Shown here piece by piece: positions 11,386 to 20,149 of a stretch of 64,000 nucleotides of DNA. Both the position numbers and the translations under genes were made by a program. Each line of letters starts with the position of its first letter. The first letter of the stretch is position 1. Where the stretch lies: assembly GCA_016213525.1 (NCBI GenBank), contig JACRAE010000005.1, forward strand, positions 17,405-81,404. Direction: 5' to 3'. Source of the stretch: Candidatus Aenigmatarchaeota archaeon (lineage in GTDB: Archaea > Aenigmatarchaeota > Aenigmatarchaeia > CG10238-14 > SCSR01). The notes below the pieces were generated by a model. It was not told where the DNA came from, searched no databases, and was given only the letters and a program-made list of their open reading frames with translations.

Positions 11386-12726
11386 TCACTCGATGATGAC
11401 CGGGCGCGACCTTCCCGACTGGAACATCCTCTCGATGTTGCCGAGCCTCGTCTCCATGCCGACTATCCTCGACAGCATGTCGGAGATCTCTATGTTTATC
11501 ACGTTGAGCGGCTCGTGGGCCTCCTTGACGGCCTGCCTCAGGTCCTGCTTCATCCTGTCGACGGCGGCCTCCATGTCCCTGAACTGGGTGCCGCTCAGCT
11601 TCGACTCAAGCTGCGACATCCTGTCCCTCAGCGCGCTGGTCTCGTCCTTCGTCGCCCTGTCCAAAACGGATATCTTGTTCTCGTCCATCCTCTTCATTAT
11701 CTCGTCCCTCATCCTGTCGAACTCCTGCCTCAGCTGCGGGAAGACGCGCTCGAACTCCCTTATCTTGTCGAGCCTCTGGTCCAGGTTCTCGTAGAACCCC
11801 TCCACCCTGCTCGAGACGCGCTTGACCTCGTTCTCGATGAACTTGAACTCCTCCATCCTGGCCTGCAGGTCCTTGGCGAGGCCGGACGCCTTGTCGAACG
11901 TGTCGAACCTCTGCATGAGAGACCTGACCTTCTGCATGTCGTCCGAGAGGCTCTTGGACACGCCCTCTATGGCGTCCATCCTCGAGTTGACAACTGAGAA
12001 GTTCCTGTTTAGAGCCTCGAAGTCCCTCTTCATCTCCTGGGACATCTGCTCCGGAGACCTGGTCTGCATGAAGGACATGGTCTTGTCGAGCTTCTCGATC
12101 TTCATGTCCACCTCCACCTTCCTCTTGATGAGCTCCTCGAGGACGGTCTTGACGTTCTCTATCCTGGCGGACAGCAGCTGCGTGTCCTGAGGCATGGACG
12201 GGGACCCGGCCTGCATCGCGCCCTGCTTCATGGATGCTATCTCGTGGGACAGGTCGTCGAGTCCCCTCTTGACCTCGTCCAGGGACGACATCTTTCTCTC
12301 GAGCTCGTCGATAAGCGCAATCTTTTCCGGCGCCATCTGGGACTCGGGCTTCTGCGGGCCCATCCCGTTCCTTATGTCCTCCATGAGGTCCTTGAGCTCC
12401 TCTATCCCGGCGGTCTCTACCATGACCAGGTCCTCCAGGTCCTCGACCCTCTGCTTGATGTCTGGCAGCTGCGCTATGTCAGAAATTGACTCCTGGCTCA
12501 TGCCGGAGAACTTCGACATCGTGTCCTTGAACTCCGCCAGGCCGATCTCCAGGTCTACTATCTTCTTCTCGGTATGCGACAACGACAACTTCACCTTGTT
12601 CTCTATGTCCGAGGCGCTCGGATGGTGCTGCGGTTCCGCCCTCCTCTCCTCTTTCGGCCTTGGCACGTCTTCGCTTGACATAACGTGGGACTCTTGTTCA
12701 GAAGCCGAGCCGTCTTCTTCGGGCAT
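11386..12726 (-). CDS. long coiled-coil hypothetical protein
   Basis: 446-aa ORF, heptad-rich E/K/D/L/M composition. Confidence 0.8.
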   Translation of the reverse strand: MPEEDGSASEQESHVMSSEDVPRPKEERRAEPQHHPSASDIENKVKLSLSHTEKKIVDLEIGLAEFKDTMSKFSGMSQESISDIAQLPDIKQRVEDLEDLVMVETAGIEELKDLMEDIRNGMGPQKPESQMAPEKIALIDELERKMSSLDEVKRGLDDLSHEIASMKQGAMQAGSPSMPQDTQLLSARIENVKTVLEELIKRKVEVDMKIEKLDKTMSFMQTRSPEQMSQEMKRDFEALNRNFSVVNSRMDAIEGVSKSLSDDMQKVRSLMQRFDTFDKASGLAKDLQARMEEFKFIENEVKRVSSRVEGFYENLDQRLDKIREFERVFPQLRQEFDRMRDEIMKRMDENKISVLDRATKDETSALRDRMSQLESKLSGTQFRDMEAAVDRMKQDLRQAVKEAHEPLNVINIEISDMLSRIVGMETRLGNIERMFQSGRSRPVIIE

Positions 12727-12751
12727 GATATAAGTTCGTTTTTCAGGGGTA

Positions 12752-13270
12752 TTATCTTTTATCCTTCAGGTAAAGGTAGTACCACACGCACACTACCAGA
12801 GCCACCATCATGGCTGACCAGAGGAGGCCGTGGACCAGGTCGAAGCCCGGCAGGCCGTAGTTGACGTACACGAGCGAGGTCGTCACCAACCTCAGCAGGT
12901 TGAAGAAGGCTATGGCAGGCAGGGCGAACGCGAGGAAGGCGAGCTTCTGGCGCAGGCTCCCGACGCCGGACGCGAAGACGAGCGCGAACATGGCGTATAG
13001 GGACTTCCAGCCCGTCGAGTCCCATGAGAGGTCTATCTGGTACAGGGAATTGCCGCTCTTCACGCCTATGTTGTGGCCGTCCAGCGACGTCTCGTATCCG
13101 AGCGAGCCCAGCGACTGCGAGAGCCCGGCGGCCCAGACGTCCCGGAACTCCGTGGACTCCAGACCGAAATAGACCGCGAGATACAGCGGAAGCGCCAGCA
13201 AGTTCAGCTTCAGGACGAACCAGAGGGCGCGCCTCAGAATAGGTATTTTATCCTCGAACAATGTGACCAC
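12752..13270 (-). CDS. exosortase/archaeosortase family membrane protein (Ser at the usual Cys position)
   Basis: TM helices, IDLSWDSTGWKS, FNLLR, LVH motif spacing. Confidence 0.75.
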   Translation of the reverse strand: MVTLFEDKIPILRRALWFVLKLNLLALPLYLAVYFGLESTEFRDVWAAGLSQSLGSLGYETSLDGHNIGVKSGNSLYQIDLSWDSTGWKSLYAMFALVFASGVGSLRQKLAFLAFALPAIAFFNLLRLVTTSLVYVNYGLPGFDLVHGLLWSAMMVALVVCVWYYLYLKDKR

Positions 13271-13301
13271 TTTTATTTTCTTTGTTTTACCGTCGGATAT
13301 C

Positions 13302-14843
13302 TCAGTCGGATGCCCAGTCCATGAGGTTCCTCTTCTTGTTGACGATTCCCGTCTCTTTCATGTCCCTCAGGACTTTCTTCATCTTCCTTTCCTTGTTCAT
13401 CGAGGAGAAGAAGTACGCCTCGTCCCTCGTGCCCCGCGTTATCAGGAATATCGCCTTGCCGGCCGAGTGCCTGCCTATCCTCCCCCTCCTCTGTATGGCC
13501 CTTATCTCGCTCGGCACGGCCTCGTGGAATATCGCATAGTCGACGGACGGCACGTCTATCCCCTCCTCGCTCACCGAGGTGCCGCACAGGACGTTGAACT
13601 TGCCGTCCCTGAACCTCTTCAACACGTCTATCTGCTCGTCCTGCGACATGCCGCTGCCGTTCTTCATCGACTGCCCGACCAGCGTCTCCGTCGGTATCCC
13701 GTCCTTCTCCAGGAACTTCTTGATCTTGTCGACGGTCGACCTGAAGTTCGCGAAAATTATTATCTTCGTCTCTGGGTCCTTGTCGACGAAGTCCCTCACC
13801 ATCTCCCTTATCTTGTCCGTCTTCGGATGGTCTATGTCCCTGTCGTTCAGACCCTCAATCAGACCGATTGCGTCAATAATCTTCCCGTGCTTCAACAGCC
13901 TCTGGTCGGTCCTCTTCTTGCTGCCCTTCATCTTCTCGAAGTACTCGTGCAGGAATGGTATTCCCTGCGTCTCGATGAGCTCAATCGCATGGCTGAGCTT
14001 GATGGCCTCGGCCGACCTGATGAGGGGCCAGATGAGCATGTAGTTCTTAGTGGCGGAGTACCTCGCGGCGGTCCTGTTCTGAAGGCCCAGCAGCATGGTC
14101 CTGCTCGGTATCGTGGTCGGAACGTAGTGGTGGGACTTGAGCCACTCCATGTCCTCCTTCAGCACGTCCTGCAGGAGGCCCCTTATCCTCTTGAAGTCCT
14201 CTGGGAAGTCGACGTAGACGTAGTCCCTGTCGACGGGCTTGACGTACTCCTCGACGTCGCCGTCCGACTCGCTCCTTATCTCGACGGCCTTGATGAACAG
14301 GTTCTTGCACACCTCCTTGATCTTCGATTCTGTCCAGCCGGGAGAGGCCGTGAGAGCCAGAACCAGGGGCTGCCTCGACTGCAGCATGAACTTCCTCGCT
14401 ATGTCGGAATACGCGTAGTCCTTCACGCCCCTGTGAGACTCGTCGAAGGTGACGAAAGAAAAATCGCGCATGTTCAGCCTCCCCTCTCTTAGGTCGTTCT
14501 CTATCGTCTGCGGCGTCGCGATTACGACGGTCGCGCCATCGTACATCTCTGCCCTCTCGTGCGGCGGGGTCTTGCCCGTCACCAAAACTATCTTGCCTTT
14601 CGGTATGCTCGTCAGGGACTCGAAGCTCTTCTTGTGCTGGGCGTTCAGAGGCCTCGTGGGGGCAGTGATGAGGACCTTCGTACCGGGGAACTTCTCCAGC
14701 CTCTCCACCGCGACCAGGACGGAGATCAGCGTCTTCCCCATACCGGTGGGCAGGACGACGAGAGTGCTCCTCTCAGACGCCGCCTTCGCTATGTTTTTCT
14801 GGTAGTCGCGCACCTCGACGTCGCCGGTCTTGAGAAGCGCCAT
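13302..14843 (-). CDS. hef: Hef/FANCM-like SF2 helicase (no ERCC4 nuclease domain)
   Basis: VRDYQ, LPTGMGKT, FDESH, LTASPG, EEGIDVP, IQRRGRIGR. Confidence 0.9.
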   Translation of the reverse strand: MALLKTGDVEVRDYQKNIAKAASERSTLVVLPTGMGKTLISVLVAVERLEKFPGTKVLITAPTRPLNAQHKKSFESLTSIPKGKIVLVTGKTPPHERAEMYDGATVVIATPQTIENDLREGRLNMRDFSFVTFDESHRGVKDYAYSDIARKFMLQSRQPLVLALTASPGWTESKIKEVCKNLFIKAVEIRSESDGDVEEYVKPVDRDYVYVDFPEDFKRIRGLLQDVLKEDMEWLKSHHYVPTTIPSRTMLLGLQNRTAARYSATKNYMLIWPLIRSAEAIKLSHAIELIETQGIPFLHEYFEKMKGSKKRTDQRLLKHGKIIDAIGLIEGLNDRDIDHPKTDKIREMVRDFVDKDPETKIIIFANFRSTVDKIKKFLEKDGIPTETLVGQSMKNGSGMSQDEQIDVLKRFRDGKFNVLCGTSVSEEGIDVPSVDYAIFHEAVPSEIRAIQRRGRIGRHSAGKAIFLITRGTRDEAYFFSSMNKERKMKKVLRDMKETGIVNKKRNLMDWASD

Positions 14844-14899
14844 AACAATTAGACCCCGGCGCAGATATTAAGTCTTAACTATCCATAGATGTTTTTAGA

Positions 14900-15520
14900 A
14901 TGAGCCAGCGCTTAGCTGACCCAATTGCCGCTTCGGTCGAGAAGGACGTCCTGGAGCCGCTCAAGTCCTATTTCAAAGACCGACCTTTCTACTACGATCC
15001 GTTCAAGAGGAGGGATGACGTGGGGCGCTCGTTCGAGAGGTACGTGAGGGGCAATATTTCCAGGATGGTTTCGAAGGTGTCGGATTCGGACGGCTATTCC
15101 GTGTCCAGGCTGGTGCCCGACTTCTTTATATCGGACGACTACATGAACTACATGTCAGTGAAAAACGGCTCGGTCTTCGGCGCAATCGGTAACAGGGTGG
15201 TCGAGATAATGGGCGAGGGCAACTTCATAATCTACGACCGCAGCATGAGGAATTTGACCGAGATAGACGACTTCCTGAGGTACAAGAAAAACGACATGGA
15301 AGCGGACGGCGTGCCGATAATTTTTGAGGCTACGGTTTCAAAGAACCACAGCGGCGTGTCGGCCAGCAGGAAATCAGGCCTGATATCGAACATGATGGGA
15401 GCCGAGGCCATGTACGTCGGGATAGAGATGGGGAACACTCCGCATACTAGAATATTGAGCCACGGGCGGCGGGAGAAGAAAATGGTAGTCGGGTCCGTGC
15501 CGCAGGACTGGGCGCGATGA
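14900..15520 (+). CDS. hypothetical protein, PD-(D/E)XK-like motif
   Basis: TEIDD...VPIIFEAT, similar to the next ORF. Confidence 0.65.
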   Translation: MSQRLADPIAASVEKDVLEPLKSYFKDRPFYYDPFKRRDDVGRSFERYVRGNISRMVSKVSDSDGYSVSRLVPDFFISDDYMNYMSVKNGSVFGAIGNRVVEIMGEGNFIIYDRSMRNLTEIDDFLRYKKNDMEADGVPIIFEATVSKNHSGVSASRKSGLISNMMGAEAMYVGIEMGNTPHTRILSHGRREKKMVVGSVPQDWAR

Positions 15521-15567
15521 GTGGAAATTCGAAAGCGATATATCTCTTCGCTGGTGTTTAATTTTCG

Positions 15568-16119
15568 ATGAGTCTGTTAGTTGAGGAGACTATCGCGGAC
15601 GAGTTGGACAGGGAGGTCTTCATACCGCTGGAGAGCTTCCTCCACGACGAGGTCCTCAACGAAAGAGACGCAAAATATTTTTCAAAGGGACATAGGTTCC
15701 AGAGGCTGCTTAGCAGGCTGGTGAGGGACATCATCGGGGAAAAGCCCTCGGTCGACATCGCGGTGGCGGAGTACGCCCTCGGGGCGTGGCCGTCCGACTA
15801 CCGGTTCGTGAGGCGCAAGATGGGTCCCACGGTCTTCTATCAGGACAGGACGACGGTCGCAGAGATAGACCTGTTGGCGGAGTACAGGTCGAGGCGCGCC
15901 GTCGTGCCTATGATATTCGAGTTCACGCTCTCGAGCGAGAGCATGGAAAAGCAGGCGAAGCTGGACGTGGTGAGGAGGTTCTACAACAACAGCGAGCCCT
16001 ACTTCTGCAAGATAAGGCCGAAGTGCGGCGACGAGGCGCCGGGGCTCTACAGGTACGATGAAAATCCGCTGTACAGGAAGATAGTGCTCCCGGTGCAATC
16101 CACGGCGAAGAGGGACTAG
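15568..16119 (+). CDS. hypothetical protein, PD-(D/E)XK-like motif
   Basis: AEIDL...VPMIFEFT. Confidence 0.65.
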   Translation: MSLLVEETIADELDREVFIPLESFLHDEVLNERDAKYFSKGHRFQRLLSRLVRDIIGEKPSVDIAVAEYALGAWPSDYRFVRRKMGPTVFYQDRTTVAEIDLLAEYRSRRAVVPMIFEFTLSSESMEKQAKLDVVRRFYNNSEPYFCKIRPKCGDEAPGLYRYDENPLYRKIVLPVQSTAKRD

Positions 16120-16170
16120 GGGTCCGCAAGTGCGCGTCTGGTTTTAACCTCAGGAGTCCCATAAGGTCTA

Positions 16171-16857
16171 ATGAGGCTTGCAGCATTATTTTCAGGCGGG
16201 AAGGACTCGACCTTCGCCATAATGGAGGCCATAAAGTCCGGCCACGAGGTGACGCACCTCATCACCATGGCACCGGAGAAGGACGACTCCTACATGTTCC
16301 ACTACCCGTGCATAGACCTGACGCGGATGCAGGCCGAAGTCATGGGGATAAGGCAGGTATGGAAGGAGACCGCCGGAAACAAGGAGTCGGAGCTGGTCGA
16401 CCTGAGGGAGGCGATATCTTCCCTGAAGGGTCAGATAGACGGCGTCCTTTCCGGGGCGGTGTCCAGCGAGTACCAGAAGTCCAGGATAGACGGCATGTGC
16501 AGACAGCTTGAGATTCAGAGCGTCGCGCCACTATGGGGCAGGGACGCCTACGACCTCATGAAGGAGGAGGCCGGCGCCATGGACATAATGATTACCGCCG
16601 TGTCGACGAATGGCCTTGACAAAAACTGGCTGGGCAGGAAGATCAGCACGCCCGTCGTGGAGGAGCTCAGGATGCTGGCCCAAAAGTCGCACTTCAACAT
16701 ACAGTTCGAGGGTGGGGAGGCCGAGACGTTCGTCACGAACAGCCCCCTGTTTTCTAAAAAGATAGTGGTCGGGGACTACGAGAAGGTCTGGGACTCCAGG
16801 ACGTCGAGCGGCTACATACGGGCGAAGAACGTCAAGCTCGCCCCGAAGAAGATTTAA
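16171..16857 (+). CDS. dph6: Diphthine-ammonia ligase family (PP-loop ATPase)
   Basis: LFSGGKDS, SYMFH, GAVSSEYQ, GEAETFV. Confidence 0.85.
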   Translation: MRLAALFSGGKDSTFAIMEAIKSGHEVTHLITMAPEKDDSYMFHYPCIDLTRMQAEVMGIRQVWKETAGNKESELVDLREAISSLKGQIDGVLSGAVSSEYQKSRIDGMCRQLEIQSVAPLWGRDAYDLMKEEAGAMDIMITAVSTNGLDKNWLGRKISTPVVEELRMLAQKSHFNIQFEGGEAETFVTNSPLFSKKIVVGDYEKVWDSRTSSGYIRAKNVKLAPKKI

Positions 16858-16888
16858 CTGGGCGCCTGCTAATTTTTGAATACGGGAT

Positions 16889-16972
16889 GCCGAGGTCGCA
16901 TAACCCGGTATTGCACCGGTCTCGAAAACCGGCGGGCGCAAGCCCTTGGGGGTTCAAATCCCCTCCTCGGCG
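16889..16972 (+). tRNA. tRNA-Ser(CGA)
   Basis: GCCGAGG/CCTCGGC acceptor, ccggt-ctCGAaa-accgg anticodon arm, long variable arm, GTTCAAATC. Confidence 0.95.
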
Positions 16973-17041
16973 CTACCTTGAGTTCAATTTTCGGGCTTCT
17001 GGGGTAGCGAACCTAGAAAAGAATCCTTCCGTGACTGACGT

Positions 17042-17449
17042 TTAGAAGAGACCGAGGGCCGGCAGCGTTATAGGCAGGGCGGCCATCATTATCAGGCCGA
17101 CCCCCATCCTTGCCATGCGCGGGACGTCCTCTATGAAGTCCTGTGTTATGTGGAGCTGGCGGTAGCGGAATATGGACCACGCGCCGTCGATAAAGATCAA
17201 GAACCCGGCCACCAGGGGGTTGAGGACGCCCGCGAACCACGTCACGCCTATGCCCAGGCGGGCCCACCTCAGGGCGTGCTCCTCCTGGTTCTGTTTTTGG
17301 TACAGCTTGATGGACAACAATGCGTCCCCCACGAGCCACACCAATGGGAACGACTTCGTCAAAACTGCAAGCGTCGCTAGGCCAAGCGTGGTCTTCTTTC
17401 CAAAGAGGAGCTTTACCCTCTTGTCCAGCCCTTTGATTTTGAACTTCAT
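17042..17449 (-). CDS. hypothetical membrane protein
   Basis: 135-aa hydrophobic ORF. Confidence 0.7.
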   Translation of the reverse strand: MKFKIKGLDKRVKLLFGKKTTLGLATLAVLTKSFPLVWLVGDALLSIKLYQKQNQEEHALRWARLGIGVTWFAGVLNPLVAGFLIFIDGAWSIFRYRQLHITQDFIEDVPRMARMGVGLIMMAALPITLPALGLF

Positions 17450-17681
17450 TTTATCTCAAACCTAAGGTTTTCCGCTTCCCTATCCTATAACTTCGAATCG
17501 GGGCATATTACCCCCTTTCGGCTACACGTAGGTATACTGACAAGCTTAAATATCTGCCTGAGGACAATATCTATCAACTCAGATTACGGATAGTACTGAA
17601 TAAAGGACTTTTCCTAATTTCCGAGTGGCCTGGCCTAAAACCAGGCTGAAAAAACACAAAAAACAAAGGAGGAAACAAAAT

Positions 17682-18134
17682 ATGAGATTCGAAGGTAACA
17701 GAGGAAGTAGCGGAAGCGGAGGCTTCGGCGGAAGGAGGTTCGGAGGCGGCGGCTTCGGAAGAGGCAACGACTCTAGGGACAGCAGATCCGACGAGCCTAA
17801 GCCGGTCAAGGTCGGCGAGGAGTACGACGTCGAAATATCAGAGACGGGCTCCCGCGGTGACGGCATAGCGAGGGTGAACAACTTCGTGGTGTTCGTGAAC
17901 GGCGCCAAGCAGGGCGAGAAGACCAAGATCAGGATAACTGACGTCAGGGACAGGTTCGCAATAGGCCAGAAGGCCGACGCTGCGAGCGCTGAACAGGCCG
18001 TCGAGGGCACGGACGACATGTCCGAGGCTTCCGACGTGACTGCGACTGAGGTCAAGTCCGCCGAAGGCGACGTGTCTGAGGAGGGCGACGAGCCCGCCGA
18101 CGACGCGGAATCCACTGATGAAGAGGACCAGTAA
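17682..18134 (+). CDS. TRAM domain RNA-binding protein with Gly/Arg-rich N-terminus and acidic tail
   Basis: PVKVGEEYDVEI..GSRGDGIARV..FVVFV; AGGAGG SD upstream. Confidence 0.9.
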   Translation: MRFEGNRGSSGSGGFGGRRFGGGGFGRGNDSRDSRSDEPKPVKVGEEYDVEISETGSRGDGIARVNNFVVFVNGAKQGEKTKIRITDVRDRFAIGQKADAASAEQAVEGTDDMSEASDVTATEVKSAEGDVSEEGDEPADDAESTDEEDQ

Positions 18135-18246
18135 AACAGGTCCGCTTCACAGGATTTTTTAATTTAATTTTCTTTCTTTCATTTTACAGGCCGCCGGGGC
18201 CGGCTGAATCCTCAAAAATATCCCCTTGGAAAACTGAGTATAACCC

Positions 18247-18783
18247 ATGGAAAACACGGAGAACGGCGTCCGTTACAGGGCTTCCGCCAGGGCGTTCGTC
18301 GGGAACTACGTCCTTGCGGCTGGCTTGGTCGTGCTGTCGTTCCTTGTAGGGTCCAGGTTTGACCTGGGGGAAAGCCAGATTCTGATCTATGTCCTGTTTT
18401 GGTCGGCTGCTGCGATTCTAGCTTCCGAGTCCCTCGTCCAAGGTATCCTCAAGCAGTACAAGGTGTCCGGGAGCGAGGTGGTGAAGATTGAGGGAGTCTT
18501 GAGGAAGAAGAGGCACTCGATACCGCACCAGAGCGTCGGCCAGGTCAAGGTGTCCAAGGGGATACTCGGCAGGCTCCTGAACTACGGTACGGTAGAGGTT
18601 GAGGGCCAGAACGAGAACAACACCATAGTCATGAGGCACGTCCACGACCCGGACGAGATACGCAGGATAATCAGGCATAAGATTGACTCATACAAGGTGA
18701 CGCCAGGAAAGAGGGCGACGAAGCGCGGGGAGGAGCCGGAAGACGCGGACGAGGACATCGAGGGCGACGCCGAGGAAGAGTAG
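18247..18783 (+). CDS. bacterial-type PH domain membrane protein
   Basis: Two TM helices then KGILGRLLNYGTVEV motif. Confidence 0.75.
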   Translation: MENTENGVRYRASARAFVGNYVLAAGLVVLSFLVGSRFDLGESQILIYVLFWSAAAILASESLVQGILKQYKVSGSEVVKIEGVLRKKRHSIPHQSVGQVKVSKGILGRLLNYGTVEVEGQNENNTIVMRHVHDPDEIRRIIRHKIDSYKVTPGKRATKRGEEPEDADEDIEGDAEEE

Positions 18784-18818
18784 AAATTTTAATAAACAGC
18801 TGCCGCTTAGACTAGTTA

Positions 18819-19700
18819 ATGCCGGTCAACGCTGGTCCCGAGTACGGAATCGCCGAGAGGAGGTTCCAGGAGGCCAAGACGAAGGAGCAGAAGATAGCCG
18901 CCCTTGAGGAGATGATTAGGACCCTGCCTAAGCACAAGGGCACCGACCACATGCTCGCCCAGCTGAGGAAGAGGCTCGCCCGGCTGAGGGACGAGGCCGA
19001 AGCAGCGTCGAAGTCTGGCAAGAGCACCGGAGTCGGCCTGAGGAAGGAGGGCGCGGCGCAGGTGTGCATGATAGGTCCCACCCAGTCCGGCAAGAGCACG
19101 CTCCTGAACTCCCTGTCCAACGCCCAGGTAAAGGTGAGCGACCACGCGTTCACGACGAAGAAGCCCAACGTGGGCATGATGTTCTATGGGGACGTCCCGA
19201 TACAGGTGATAGAGATACCGTCGACCTTCGACGCTCAGTACCTTTCGATAGCCAGGACCTGCGATTTGATACTCGTCCTGCTGGACTCGACTCAGGACGT
19301 GACGAAGCAGGAGGCGGCCATAAAGAAGCTCCTGGACGACAAGGCGATAACGGTGCAGACGATTTTTGTGAGGAACAAGCGCTTCGTCGAGAGGTCGAAG
19401 TACATCAACGTGTCGGCGAAGGACGGGTTCGGCCTGGACGGCCTGAAGGACCTTATATGGAAGAAGCTGAACCTGATACGCGTCTACACCAAGTCCCCGA
19501 ACGGCAAGAAGCAGCTCCCGCCGGTCGCCATGAGGCCCGGTTCCACGGTGAGGCAGCTCACGTCAAACATACACAAGGAATTCCTGAAGACGTTCATGTT
19601 CGCCAGGGTCTTCAACGAGACCAAGTACAGCGGCCAGAAGGTCGGGCTGGACTACGTGCTGAAGGACATGGACGTAGTCGAGATACACACCGAGATCTAG
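18819..19700 (+). CDS. DRG/OBG-family GTPase with TGS domain
   Basis: PKHKGT, GPTQSGKST, HAFTT, C-terminal TGS (GQKVGLDYVLKD). Confidence 0.9.
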   Translation: MPVNAGPEYGIAERRFQEAKTKEQKIAALEEMIRTLPKHKGTDHMLAQLRKRLARLRDEAEAASKSGKSTGVGLRKEGAAQVCMIGPTQSGKSTLLNSLSNAQVKVSDHAFTTKKPNVGMMFYGDVPIQVIEIPSTFDAQYLSIARTCDLILVLLDSTQDVTKQEAAIKKLLDDKAITVQTIFVRNKRFVERSKYINVSAKDGFGLDGLKDLIWKKLNLIRVYTKSPNGKKQLPPVAMRPGSTVRQLTSNIHKEFLKTFMFARVFNETKYSGQKVGLDYVLKDMDVVEIHTEI

Positions 19701-20128
19701 AGGAAGCTCTGCAGGAAGATCAGCACGCCGAAGTAGCTCAAAGCGAGGCTCAACAGCCACTGAGTGAACGCAATCATCCCGGCCTGCACGGGACCGACCT
19801 TCAGGAGCAGCATCACCAGGAAGCCCCAGACCACGCCGGGCATGACCGATGCCAGGACGAAACCGAGCACGTTCGTCTGGAGCATCGTCGCTATGTCCTG
19901 GCTGTCGTACGCCATCAGCGGGAATATGTACGCCTCGAACACGAAGGCGCTGATTATGACGTTCAGACATGCGACGCCCATGGCCGCCAACAATCCTCCC
20001 TTGGCCCCGACTATCCTTGAGGTCAGGAAAAGAATCATGCCAGATATGACAGTGGTTACTGCGAGGCTCATCACGCCCCCGAAGGTGAACAGAAAGTCTA
20101 TCATCGTTGCTTCTGCCATAAAAAACAA
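19697..20128 (-). CDS. hypothetical membrane protein
   Basis: 143-aa hydrophobic ORF. Confidence 0.7.
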   Translation of the reverse strand: MFFMAEATMIDFLFTFGGVMSLAVTTVISGMILFLTSRIVGAKGGLLAAMGVACLNVIISAFVFEAYIFPLMAYDSQDIATMLQTNVLGFVLASVMPGVVWGFLVMLLLKVGPVQAGMIAFTQWLLSLALSYFGVLIFLQSFL

Positions 20129-20149
20129 TCGCGTTTCCGAATCTTAATG

